From assembly GCA_965113315.1 (NCBI GenBank), contig OZ220364.1: a DNA stretch of 64,000 nt; one strand, 5' to 3'. Source of the DNA: Podarcis vaucheri. Its lineage: Eukaryota. Position numbers and translations under genes: made by a program. Numbering within the stretch: position 1 is the first letter of the stretch; each line of letters begins with the position of its first letter. Below are positions 38,071-50,261 of this stretch, piece after piece. The notes under the pieces are model-generated. The model saw only the letters and a list, made by a program, of their open reading frames with translations. It was not told the DNA's origin and searched no databases.

Positions 38071-38356
38071 CGTTATGTACTGAGTTGAATAGGATCCAAA
38101 ATACAGCAGTCTGATTGGTCCTAGAACAATGCAGCAGTATGATTGGTCTGCAGGAGCCACCTAATCCAGCTCCAGATGGAAGTGAATCCACAACCTGATT
38201 GGCCTACAGGAGAATTCCGGAATTAGCCAATCACATGCAGCCCATTGTGTAAATAATATCTATAAAGCAGATACTTTGGAGGAACTTTCATTCCTCCTCA
38301 CCACTATGAGCTGAATAAAGAGCATAAAATCCACCCTCGACTCTGAGTATATTTAA
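38071..38356 (+). mobile_element. Solo LTR-like element with CCAAT cluster
   Basis: Flanked by GAATT direct repeat. Three GATTGG, one CCAATC, TATAAA and AATAAA occur in U3-R order. Termini are degenerate (CG...AA). Confidence 0.7.
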
Positions 38357-38611
38357 GAATTCCACCCATAATCTTGGATATTTTCAAATAAATATAAAAT
38401 TTTAACCACAAATGAATCTAAAGAAGGTACGCTACACACTGGGACATTAACAGTGTACAGTATGCATCATTTCATTGCAATATTTATGGATTGTTTCCCC
38501 CCACTTCTATTCATCCATGTTAGGTGGTTCCTCATAACTCTTACTCACCAACAACGAGGAATAGCAATAATTCCCCAGAATCATCAAACTGCATTCGTAC
38601 ATACATCTACC

Positions 38612-39869
38612 TAGTGATGTTAAATTCTTGAGAATAATCTTTTGGAGAATATTCTCAGTTAATGAGAATTTTAGAGAATTTTCATTTAAAATAGGAGAAT
38701 ATTCATTTTAATGCATTGAAAATGATATAATTTTAATGCACTGAAAATGATATAATTAGTTAATATACATGTTTATTCATGGGTAAACTTGTTCAGATGG
38801 CAACCAAAAACTGTGCAGATACTTTAATTCAATGGGGAAATGCAGTGAATTCATATTCTTTGATTTTTTGCACCAAACTTGAAAACATGTTTTATAGTTA
38901 AAATTAAACCATTTTAAAGTTAAAAGGTGATGGCACCAGTAATTGTCATGTTAAGGTTTGGTATAAGGAAACTCAGTAGTTAAATCATATTTTATTCTTC
39001 CATTAGAATATGTACATGTTATAGGACAAGTCAAAAAATACAATTGGCATGTTAAGGTTTGATACAAGTAAATTCAGTAATAAGCTATCTTGTGCTTCTA
39101 ATAGCTCTAACACTTAATAACTGTTTTGGTGACTAAAATGCAGCTTGATAAACAAAACTATATGGATACATATAAAAAAGAAGCCATTAACATTAAATAT
39201 ACCTGTATTATCACTATATGATAATGTATTTCAGTATGTCAGTCTCTGGTGAATGGCACCTTGTACCATGGAGTGGCACTGCAAAAACTAGTTACTGGCA
39301 CTAATTAAAAATATAGAAACGTCAACTGTTTAAATTAAGGCCACCTCACATGCTGTTACACATAATTGTTTAGGCCTAGGTACTTTATAAAGCATTAAAG
39401 CTACTTTCTGTAAAAAATAAATAAATCACACTGTATGGCCAAGGGTGTAGAATTGCTAAGAATAAGGCCACAGCAAAATAGAAAAAAGGCTATTACATAT
39501 AGTTGAAATACATACGAATTAAATATTCATCAAATTAAATGAATAGCATTTTTAAAACAAAAAATAAAAACCAATAAAAAACAAAAAATAAAATAAATGT
39601 TTCCTGTAGCTCACATTTCAGAACTGCCAATGGTGAATGACACAATGCCCAGTAATGTAACTGGATAAAAAAAAATCATTATTCATTACTTACACTGGCA
39701 ATATCACAGCTTGACTTATTATTTACTAGATTTTTAAAATGTGGGTTGTAAAAGTGGTTCTTACATTAGCGTTTACAGTTTGTGGAGAATATTCTCTGGA
39801 GAATTTTCTAGCAGAGAATATTCTCAAGAATATACTCATTCTCAAGAATATTCTTACCTCACCTCACTA
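38612..39869. mobile_element. Non-autonomous hAT-like element, AT-rich, with subterminal GAGAATATTCTC palindromes
   Basis: Termini TAGTGATGT / ACCTCACTA; 8-bp TSD CATCTACC/CGTCTACC; GAGAATATTCTC-like motifs cluster only near the two ends. Confidence 0.75.
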
Positions 39870-40554
39870 CGTCTACCTAATGAATTCGGCCCTTGAAACA
39901 GCTATACTACTACTACTTTTTTTCAGGTGTAGTGCTGGAGAATTTTGTGAGGTTTTTTTTATTTTATATTAAGAAAATCACTTTGCTGCACAAACCTAAT
40001 TGCTTCCCATAAGGATAGGAAATGAGCACTTGTGTGAGATGAGCTCCTTCTGTAGAGGGATGAAGTTAAATCTGTGCATTCCTAAATGGCAACCATTGGC
40101 TGTTATGCTTTTCTGCTCCAGCAAAGCCTAAAGGGTCACATTTCTCCAAGACGTAGAAGCCAAAATACGTGGGGCTTGTTTGCATCAAACTGAGAGGATT
40201 GAAGGCAAGCCTGTCGCTCCAAACAGAATACTAAATAGTAGTGCATACCAATACCAAGTTCAGGGGGAAGAGCAGAGATGAAAATTACATTCTAGACTGC
40301 AGTTTTCATGCAGTTTGCAGTTTCCATACATTAAAAGAACCTTCTTTTCCTTTTTCTACTGACCATTCCAGTGAAGGTGAATCTTCACTGGGAGTAAGAA
40401 CCTTCTTATTCCATTTCCTTTTTTATTGACAAACATTAATCAATGACTGGTATTGACCATTCCAGTGAAGGTGACAGGTCCACACTAGTTCAGTGAAGTT
40501 TGCTTGTAAGGCTAGATTGCAAATGACTGAACTATAGAGTATCATGAGATGTTG

Positions 40555-40555
<1 letters not shown>

Positions 40556-40606
<51 letters not shown>

Positions 40607-40608
40607 TC
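40556..40608. repeat. (CTTT)n microsatellite
   Basis: Direct reading. Confidence 0.95.
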
Positions 40609-40964
40609 ACTAATGCACATGGTTAATTGGCAGCAATGGCATCAGTGTTAGATCTTGATTTCCAGTTCTAGAGAAAGTAACAGATGCTAGGTTTATAAAG
40701 GCTTCTGACCCCAAAGAACGAACACTTTCAATTAAGGAATCTGCATGTTTTGCTTACTGAAACAACAAAATGCTATTTGGGCTACAATCATTTCCTCGAA
40801 CCATGGTCACTACGTCTTTGTTCATAAGATATATGAATATTAACACAAGCTGTATCAGGGCACCTCATGTTTCTGCTTGCCTGCATATTAAAATAATATG
40901 CATTCTGTCTTTAGGAGAAGTATACTTTGTATGCACAAAATAGGGCAGGATATCGCAAATGTGT

Positions 40965-41222
40965 TCCCCTGTTGTTGAAGGAATTGCACTGGCTACCAAT
41001 CAGCTGCTGGGCTAAGTTCAAGGTGCTGTTTTTGGTGCATAAAACCCTATGCAGCCTGGGACCAGGATACATGAAATATCATATGACTCCCTATATACCC
41101 AGCTGATTACTGCACTCTGCAGGTGAGGTCCTCCTGCAAATGCAATCTTATCAAGAGGTCCGTCCCACACAGTGTAGGACTTGGGCCTTTAGTGTGGTGG
41201 CACCTCCCCTTTGGAACTCTCT
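40965..41222 (+). mobile_element. L2 fragment
   Basis: Reading LKELHWLPISCWAKFKVLFLVHKTL, then GCCTTTAGTGTGGTGGCACCTCCCCTTTGGAACTC. Confidence 0.75.
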
Positions 41223-42190
41223 TTCCGTTCTTTGCTGTCAGTCGCTGGAGCTTCCCCCTTCACTTCTGTGTCAGAGAGGGCTCTGTGAAGGTCAAAATAA
41301 TGGTGGTAGAAGCAACCACATGTAGTGCTGTTTCAGGGACAGTTTGAATGGGAAACATTCTCTCAGGTCACAGGCTGGGTAGGGTGCAAGCTGGCCCATG
41401 GGCAGAAACCTGCAGTCCTCCATGTGCTACTGGACTACAACTCCTGTCATCCTTGAAGATTGGCCATCCTTCATTGGCTGGTGGGAATTGGATTCCAGCA
41501 ATGCCTGTGGAGCCAGATGTTCCCTGTTCCTGCCTTAGGAGCTACAGTGTGATGTCAGAACATGAAAGGCCTATACTGAGCCACATACACTCAGACTATC
41601 ATGCTTGCTGCAGCCTTTCAGCAGACTTTGTAGATGAAAATGCTCTGAGAACGTATTTTTCTTCAAACAAGATTATCCCAATGTCGTATCCTTTGAAATA
41701 CGTTTCCATTTCACCGATTTGCGTCCATAAACAATAAATATGTAGAAGCAGCCACCATCTGTCTGACAACATTATCTTAGGTTATTGGTTTGGAGCCTGA
41801 ATGCATTTTGTGTTCAGAAGATCAGACAAGCTGTCAATTTAATTGGACTTTTTATCAAACCTGTTTCTTTCCTTTCTCTTCCCTCTCTCTCTCTCTTGGC
41901 AATAGCATGACTGTAAAGCCCAGTTTTATGACTCCCCTCTGTGGAGTTCTTCACCACAATGGTTTGTGCACATGGTGATTCATGGCTGTGTTATTGTTAA
42001 TATTGATCTTTGCTTCTTTCCCTTCTGAAGTGATTTGTTGAAAGTGTAGGAAGACTGAAAGACACCTGGGCAGGATGCTTTCTTGCTTTTTATTAGAAGC
42101 ACAATGGGGGGGGGGACAGAATTGTGTTTTGGGGCACATGGCACACACTTTCACAACAAGCACAGATATTATGCATAGCAAGTTAAACAC

Positions 42191-43593
42191 TTCTCCTTTT
42201 TTGGTGATCACTCGTAGCTGAGTAAGATTGTTTTCTATGACATGGTCTTAACAGTGAGTCCGTAAGTTACTGTGGAGGCCAATTCTGGATCTACACATCC
42301 TTCCACAGTGGGAACATAGGTTTCCAGGTAGAAGTTGATCACAGTCAGGGTTTGCCAAATGTGCCTTTCTCTTAGCACGTTTCTCCCTTTCGTCCTGAGT
42401 TTGAGCGTCTTCAAAGTCCATGACACCTTTGGTAAAGGCTGTCTCCAGTTGGAGCGCTTGCAGCCCAGTGTTTCCCAATTGTCAGTGTTTATACTACATT
42501 TTTAAAGATTTGCCTTCAGAAAGTCCTTAAACCTCTTTTGTTTAAGGCATTACATTTTCCATTTTTAAGTTTGGAATAGAGTAGTTGCTATGGAAGATGA
42601 TAATCAGGCATCCGAACAACATGACCAGTCCAATGAAGTTGATGTTGAAGAATAATTGCCTTGACACTGGTGATCTTTGCTTCTTCTATTACACTAGCAT
42701 TAGTTCACCTGTCTTCCCAAGTGATGTGTAAATTTTTTCGGAGACCCTGTTGTTGGAGTTGGAGATGGCATTTATTAGTGGTCCATGTTTCACAAGCATA
42801 CAGTAAGGTTGGCAGTACAATAGCTTTGTAAACAAGCATTTGGGTTTCCCTGCAAATGTCCCAGTCCTCAAACACTCTGCACTTCAATCGGGAGAAAGTT
42901 GCACTTGCAGAGCTCAGGCGATGCTGGATTTTGGCATCAAAGTCGGCCTTTGTGGAAAGATAACTGCCCAGGTAGGAGAAGTGACCAACACTTTCCAATG
43001 TTACACCATCGAGTTGGATTTGTGGCACTGCAGAGGGGTTATTTTGTGCTTGTTGGTGCAGCGCTTTGTTTTTTTTTGATGTTGAGCGATACGCCAAGCT
43101 TTTTGTAAGGTTCTGCGAAGATATTTAGGATGGTTTGGAGATCATCCTCTGAGTGTGCACACACTACGTTGTCATCAGCATATTGAAGCTCTATGATGGA
43201 AGTTATGGTAACCTTACTCTTTGCTTTCCGCCCACGCAGATTAAAGAGCTTTCCATCTGTTTGATATATAATTTCTCCTCCGGTGGGGAGTTTCCCTTCG
43301 ATAAAATGTAGGATCATGGCAATGAAAATAATAAATAGAGTTGGGGTGATAACATAACCCTGTTTAACACCTGATCCCACTGTGAATGGTTGACTTTGAA
43401 AGCCATTGTTATCTGCGACTGTTGCTGTCATATTATCCTGGAGAAGCCGAATGATGTTCACAAATTTATCTGGGCATCTGATTTTACGATTTACAGTGTC
43501 GAAGGCCTTAGTCAGTTCAATAAACACCATATACAAGGGTTGGTTGTGCTCTCTGCATTTTTCTTGAAGCTGTCGAGTGCTGAAAATCATGTC
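42191..43593 (-). mobile_element. RTE-clade LINE, 5'-truncated, frameshifted reverse transcriptase
   Basis: Consecutive broken ORFs: MIFSTRQLQEKCREHNQPLY..F..L.KAFDTVNR, GVKQG, LQYADD, F.YLGS, LPTLLYACETWT, and C-terminal CSHCGRMCRSRIGLHSNLRTH. Possible TSD AAGTTAAA on both sides. Confidence 0.95.
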
Positions 43594-43712
43594 AAAAGTT
43601 AAATAACACAGTGATTAAAATATTAAAATGCACATCAGAAAATGTGAATAGGATACAGAGGAGAATGGAGCTGAATTTCTCTGACCATGCAGGCTGAGGC
43701 CATTAGAGAGAG

Positions 43713-43750
43713 AGTAAAGGTAAAGGTAAAGGTACCCCTGCCCGAGCGTA
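43713..43750 (-). mobile_element. Sauria SINE tail fragment
   Basis: (GTAAAG)3 followed by GTACCCCTG. Confidence 0.6.
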
Positions 43751-44628
43751 TCAGGTAGTAAATGCTGTGGGGCAGCAGTGTCAGTCTTCTCTCTTTCTCC
43801 TTCTCTCAGCACCTTCTTCTCCATGGCTGCTCCATTTCCCCCCATCCTTATCTCCAAGCTTTCCCTGCTTTTCCTCTTATTCGCCACTTTCCTTTTCTAT
43901 CCGCTTGGTTGTTCTGGTTTGTGTTCAACTTGTCAGGAGCTGATTTGAGCTGTGAAACGCACACCAAAGTGAAAGAAGAAGCGGAAAAGAGCTCTCCCGA
44001 CCTGCCCTCCCATTTGCTGTATTCCATATAAAGCCATAAACAACTCTGGACTAGGTTACCTGAAAATCTCTCTCCACTGCCCTGTGTTAAGATCAGCAAA
44101 CGGAACCTACTTCATTTTGCTAGGACCTGATGATGATCAGTTTGTGGTAACGCAGAGGTGGGATTCTTCACTGAGGGTACCAGTGTTGTGGAATACCCTC
44201 ATTGCTAAAAACAGAGATGTGTCAGTGGTGCTGACATCCTGCCAGCTCCTGAAGATTTACCCATTTAAGCAAGCTTTCCTCTGAACTTGAACTTCCTCGG
44301 CCTGACGCCACCTCTCCGCCTCCTCATTTACAACCAGTCCAGGGGAGGCTACTGACAGTCAGCTTCCTTCTCCTCCTTAGTTTCGGTCTTGCCTTTGTAG
44401 ATCTCTGCAGGGAGAGTGATGGGGACCTGACTTCCCTGACTTCTGCCCTACCAGTCCCAATGAGGACCCACCTCCACCAGTTCCAGGGAAAGTCCTCAAG
44501 GGAGCCACTGTGTGATGGGTACCACATTTGTGACCCCAAGGTTAAGTTATATTTGTTTGTGTTGCACTAGCAATTGGAAACTTCCCCTTTAAACCGTTGC
44601 AGCTGCTTAACATATTGATTGCTGGTGC

Positions 44629-45298
44629 CAATGGCGTAGCGTGGGTTGTCAGCACCCGGGGCAAGGCAAGTAATTTGCGCCCCCTAACCGGGGGCAAGGC
44701 AAGTAATTTGTGCCCCCTAACCCTACAAATCTATGCCTATGAATGATGGTCCCTCTCTCTCTCTCTTTCTCATATTCCAATTGATTCCCATTTCCGCCGA
44801 TCGATCCCCGAAGCTCTCACCCAGCGAAATTTGTGCGTAATTACGCTTCGCCATCCCTAATCCTGCCGCTTCCACCGGGAAATCCTGACGGTGCGTTTCT
44901 CCCCTCCAAACTTTCCCCGGCCCTTTGCCGGCCGGTGCAGCCCTTTTGGCTACGAGCTCCCCTCCTTCTCTGCCCTCTTCCGACCCCACCTCCCCGTCCA
45001 GCCTCCCTACCTCCTGAAAAAATGCGCCGGCGCCGAGCAGGACACCCCCGCGGCCATCGGAGAGAGGCGGGGCCGAGGGAGGCAAGCCAATGGGCGAGGC
45101 GGGGGTAGGTGGCCACGGGGGCGGGCGCTGCCGCAGTCCTCGGGTGGGCAAGGTAGGAGCAGGCGGAGGCTGGCCAGCCGCTCTGACAATAGGGGCGGGC
45201 CGAGGGCACGATGGGGCTGGGCCCTCTGGACTCGCGCCCCCCCAGATGTTGCGCCCGGTGCGGCCGGCACCCCTGGCACCCCCCACGCTACGCCACTG
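44629..45298. mobile_element. Non-autonomous hAT element with GC-rich cargo
   Basis: 17-bp TIR CA(A/G)TGGCGTAGCGTGGG; perfect 8-bp TSD GCTGGTGC (44621-44628 and 45299-45306). Confidence 0.92.
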
Positions 45299-46194
45299 GC
45301 TGGTGCTGCTGTTTTTAGATTGATAAATTGTGTCTTAATGGTTGAATCATTGTTGATTTTATGCTTGTTCCTTATTTGTAAGCGGCTTTGAACTGAGGTA
45401 AGCAGGGTGGAATTTTCAACAAACAATTATATGTAGGCTGATTTCTTTGGCTTTAATTTGTTCTGTGGAAGTGGGATAATGCTGTAGAAATTCCTCCCTT
45501 GGGTCAGGGGATGGAATGAGTGACTCTTTGATCCACTTCTATTTTTATAATTGATACATTGTAAGCTGCCCAATTTCTGCTGCCCTTCTAGTCTCAGCAT
45601 ATTCCGCAAACCAGAATAGAAGTCCCATGTCTTCTAGCATCACTTTGATGCTGTATTTCCATGTAATTAGAAGGGGAAGTGTTTCTGTGATGTGTATGTA
45701 TTGGTCTTTTTTATTTTATTGATTCAGACAAGCTAAAATAGAATTGACAAAAGCCTCTCTTCTCAGGAGTTGTTCTAAAAGGAGAGTAACCTGTTGTGAC
45801 ATTCTTACTTCAAACTACAGCCTTTCAATTTAACAGGAATTTATCAGGCCTCTGGAAACTATAAAGCTAAAAGACATATTTCTGCTGAGCTAAAGGTCAG
45901 AATTAGGGCTAAAGGTATAAGCTCTGCAAAATTAATGGTAAGTGAATGTAGTACTAAGAGCAGAGGGAACTGAATCATTTCATAAAAAGGAGGTTGGATA
46001 AAACACTGTCAGAACGCTAAAGGAGCAAAGACATGGAATACGCAGCCTCTTATCTTAGATAAATGTAAAGCCATGCTTCTGAGTCACAGTAATATAGACA
46101 CACACACTCATATAGGGATGGGTAAATCCATTTTAATTTCTCTCAGGTTATATTTTTGTCTTACGTTTTATTCTTTGCATCTCCATGTCAGCTT

Positions 46195-46500
46195 GTTGTT
46201 GTTGTTGTTTCTTTACCACCCTCCATCTGAGGATCACAGGGCTCTTTACAATATAAAAACACAAGAAAACATACCATAGCAACAAACAAAAGTAATACCC
46301 TCCCAGTTTAAAAGGTTATAGATTGTTTACTTAGAGAAGAGGCATGAAGATGTAAGGCAAGCCTCCCTGGGGAGAGCATTCCACAAACAGGGAGCCACCA
46401 CAGAAAAAGCCTGTTCTTTTGTTGCCACCCTCCAGGCCTCTCATGGAGGAGGCACACAAAGAAGGACCTTGGGTGATGATTGCAGAGGCCAGGTCAGTTC
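46195..46500 (-). mobile_element. L2 3' end nested in an older repeat
   Basis: (GTT)n tail and CCTCCCTGGGGAGAGCATTCCACAAACAGGGAGCCACCACAGAAAAAGCC. The flanks (46113-46190, 46510-46760) resemble repeat pieces at 52660-52807 that end in CCCATCCCTA. Confidence 0.65.
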
Positions 46501-47306
46501 ATGAAAATTGATCAGTATTTTTGTGCACATTTTTCCTGATATACACATCTGCATGCAATGTTACCTAATATATACAGTACACATTTTTGCAAAGCAATCC
46601 CCCCTAATATATGTATGCACACTTTACCCTAGACTATGCAATTTTGTATACGTTACTGGGCTGGAGAACCACACTGCCAAATTTAGATAAATGCTGCGAT
46701 TCAGTAATATTGTTTCAGAAAGTGCAAATTAGATAAATTCATCTGTAAACGCAAACTGAATTGGGAGCCTGAATCTAGCATAATCAGCCAGGAATATATG
46801 ATCCTATTGTTTGTCTTAAAATTTGCTTGGAAATGACAAGGAACCCTGAATCCACTTCAAAATGTTCTCTCTCTCTTCTAATTTGTTTTATTCTATATTA
46901 TTTTGTGTATGCGTGTTTTCTAACAGCTGCTTGGGAATTGGGGTGGGAGAAAGGCAGTTTGTTTCCCAGGCAACCAAACAAGGCATTCTTAGTGGCTGCA
47001 CCAATATCGTGGAACAACTTACCCCATGAAAAACAGATGACCCCCCCCCCCTTCACTTGTCTTTTACCAATCACTAAAGACATTTTTTATTTTGGCTGTC
47101 TCTTTGCCTGATCTGTATCTGCTATCAAGGCCATATTTTATTTGTGGACTCTGCTTTTCTTGTTTATTTAATGTTATTTTATGACATTGTCATCTTAAAT
47201 TGCTATAATCTGCCCTGAGTGAAGCACAGGCACTTCAAGGGCAGAGAAGCCCTAAATAAATAAGTAGTAGTGGGAATTGCAAGCATACACACACTATTAC
47301 TTTTGC

Positions 47307-47505
47307 TTTCTTCCAGTTGCACCTTAGAGACCAACAACCAAGTTTGTTATTGGTATGAGCTTTCATGTGCATGCACACTTCTTCAGATACCTACACGAAA
47401 GCTAATACCAATAACAAACTTAGTTGGTCTCTAAGGTGCTACTGGAAGAAATTTTTAATTTTTATTTTGACTTTGGCAGACCAACACTGCTACCTACCTG
47501 TAACT
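47307..47505. mobile_element. Short fold-back Neptune-type Penelope-like remnant
   Basis: Inverted arms about 47307-47368 and 47393-47451 (CCAG.TGCACCTTAGAGACCAAC..AAGTTTGTTATTGGTAT.AGCTTTC and its complement). The Neptune-like terminus continues to about 47505. Confidence 0.85.
47353..47390 (-). ncRNA. Minimal type I hammerhead ribozyme (Neptune-type)
   Basis: Minus strand reads GUAU-CUGAAGA-A-GUGUGCAUGCACAU-GAAA-G-CUC-AUAC: 4-bp stem I (GUAU/AUAC), stem II, palindromic AGCU stem III and a CUC cleavage triplet. Confidence 0.8.
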
Positions 47506-48827
47506 AGAACTTTTGCTTTCATATGACTGCTTGCCTGCTTGCCAGCTGACAATGATGTTTGACTTTCAACAACAGAAATCACTACCTCCATCCTACCTCT
47601 CAAGTTGGAATAATTCAGCCACTGAAGAAAGACATGCACAACATGTGTCAGATTGAAACCACGCAATATCCAGTAGCTGAGGAAAATGTTCCCACAATGT
47701 ATGGGAAAGGATGTAACATTCATGAAACCTTCAGGAGCCAATTTTTGTTATTGTTTCCAAAGAGTCTGGAAACAAGTATAAAACGCCTTTCATTCATTTC
47801 TGAACCATCTGCATCTGCTTTTGTGAAGGTTGCCGCATTAACATGGCACAGATACATGCCACCACTTTGGGACATCATGGCTTCCTCAGGCTTCCATGTG
47901 GTGGAAGAAATTGGGCCAAGAGTTGCCTTGCCTGATGAATGCCAGCCACAACAGTATCAAAAGCAGGAAATTGACTCCAGACTCCAGTTTAAGTAATTTT
48001 GGGCATTTAATCATTTAAATGTGTTCTATGCTATAAATGCGGAACACTTGGGGAGGAAATAACATAATGGGGACAATAATGAGCTTCTCCTGATTTTTCT
48101 GCAGCTCTGAAAAGCCCCTTACCTGAGTCCTTGTAGTGATGAGCCCCATTAATGCATTTAATATTCATTTCTCTCCTCTCCTCTATTCCTCATTAATTTC
48201 AACATTATTCACTTTGGTCCTGTATCTGATCAGGAGCATCTCACTGTAAGCTGGTTTTATTGGAAAAGAGTGAAACTCTTCAGCAGGAAAGATATAGGTA
48301 ATGCTTCATATTCCTTTCTCTGATTGCTTAGCAACAGTGGTTGAGTGTCCTTGGCAACATTGCTGCCTACCAAAGCCTCATAACAGCATCTCCACATTTA
48401 GCTTTCTAACTTTCCTTATCAATGTTAGACTGACTTACCTTTTTTTGAGAAAAACAATAATGAAAGCTAAGAGTCTGGGTGTCCTATTGACCTGGGGCCC
48501 AGTACAAGTATATCCTCCTGTCAAGCCTGACAGGGAATGCAGGAAAAACCAGGAAATGAGCAGCAACTTCTTAAGCACCTCCAGTGAGAGTGAGCTGGTT
48601 GGGGAGATATGACTGCTGTTGACATTTATGAGATTTTGGTGGCAGTTAAAGAACTAGATTTTGGCTCAGCCTTCACTGGAGCTTATTGACAAATTTCCAC
48701 TACCCTGCCTCCAACACCTTAGGCTGCCACACTCTGCTTAAATCTTGGCCTGACCTGGTCTTTCCCCCTCCTATCAATTTCTCTGGCATGGCAATGTGGT
48801 GCTCCCTGATGCTACCTTACTCTAGAT

Positions 48828-48963
48828 CAGGCTTCCTCAAACTTGGCACTTCAGATGTTTTGAGACTACAATTCCCATCATCCCTGACCACTGGTCCTGC
48901 TAGCTAGGGATCATGGGAGCTGTAGGCCAAAAACATCTGGAGGGCCGAGGTTGAGGAAGCCTG
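48828..48963. mobile_element. hAT-Charlie-like hairpin MITE
   Basis: TIR CAGGCTTCCTCAA, TSD CTCTAGAT; the whole element folds back. Older relatives at about 10289-10395 and 41405-41530. Confidence 0.9.
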
Positions 48964-50019
48964 CTCTAGATCTTCAACTTGTGTCCTTTTGATATACATT
49001 TCAGGATAAAGGGGACTTCTAAAGCTAATTTTAAGGAAGGCAAAAGGGATGTAGCTCAGTGATTTTACATGCAAATAGTCCTAGGTTCAATTTCTTACAA
49101 CTCTAGCTGGGAAAGATGTCTGTCTGAAGCTTTTGAGAGCTGCAGCCAGTCGGTTAGTTAAAGCAGTTGTCTTAACAGATTATAAGGAAGCTTCATATGT
49201 ACTATCTGTAGCAACGGGTACCAATGAATAGATAGTCTAAGAAAGGTGTCTGACCCCCCCCTCGAAAAGGACTGCATAAACATCTGGAGAGAATGTTTAA
49301 TCCTACTTGAGGGTGGGTGTTTGAAATATAAAGTTCTTGTGAACATCTTGTGATCCTTGACATTTCTGTGATCTCCAGGCTTCACAAATGAATGCAGTTT
49401 ATTTTGCTTCACTTTTCCGGAAAGCAGATCAGAGTCACCAAAATTGTTATCTTTTACAAATAGGATAATTGTCTTGAATGAAGTTCCCAGTGGCTTACTG
49501 CTTTTGATCACACAACTCTGTCTAATACTTAGGTGTCTTGAGGGAGTAATCTTGCCCTCTGGTAATTTGTATGCATCACTGCATAATTTTGTTAATTAAT
49601 TACTGTGTGTCTAGCTGCTGCTCCCCCACCCCGGTGTGTGGGGAAATGGAAACACCAAAAGAGAGATATAACAAATAGGGATCTGGATGGGACCTTAGAA
49701 AAGTTATTTGTAGAACATGATTAGTATACCTTTTTTCTTCTTAGACTGCATGGAATTTATCAAGATAAGATCTGACAGTGATACCTAATTGTGCTCACCC
49801 ACTAGCAGATCAAAGGCGAGGAAGGGAGAAGAATCCACTTGTAGAATGTTACACCTCATCCTAAATATATTCACACTGTGCATGGGGACTCAAAAGTCAT
49901 ATTATGACATGATACAAGCCCTGCCCTGCATTGCTCCAGTGTTCAGCAGGTAAGCTGCAGTAGGAATGGTGGTGCTGGGAGGACAGTTCCACAACCTTGT
50001 CTGACAATTCCAGCCACTA

Positions 50020-50261
50020 CAGTGGTACCTCGGGTTACAGATGCTTCAGGTTACAGACGCTTCAGGTTACAGACTCCGCTAACCCAGAAATAGTACCTCG
50101 GGTTAAAAACTTTGCTTCAGGATGAGAACAGAAATTGCGTGGCGGTGATGCGGCAGCAGCGGGAGGTCCCATTAGCTAAAGTGGTACCTCAGGTTAAGAA
50201 CAGTTTCAGGTTAAGAACGGACCTCTGGAACGAATTAAGTACTTAACCCGAGGTACCACTG
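50020..50261. mobile_element. Tigger/pogo-like MITE
   Basis: TIR CAGTGGTACCTCGGGTTA, TA TSD; opposite orientation to 33813. Confidence 0.92.

Noticed and set aside
41650-41706. miRNA-like hairpin (AACGTATTT...AAATACGTT)
   Set aside because: Only a 9-bp stem plus short interrupted pairings; no mature miRNA recognised.
44723-45426. Cluster of overlapping 120-190-aa ORFs and CpG island as a resident gene start
   Set aside because: The GC-rich part lies inside a TIR/TSD-bounded element. Long ORFs in all frames reflect stop-codon scarcity in GC-rich DNA.
47559-47996. 145-aa ORF
   Set aside because: No recognisable domain, non-ATG start and no convincing splice boundaries.
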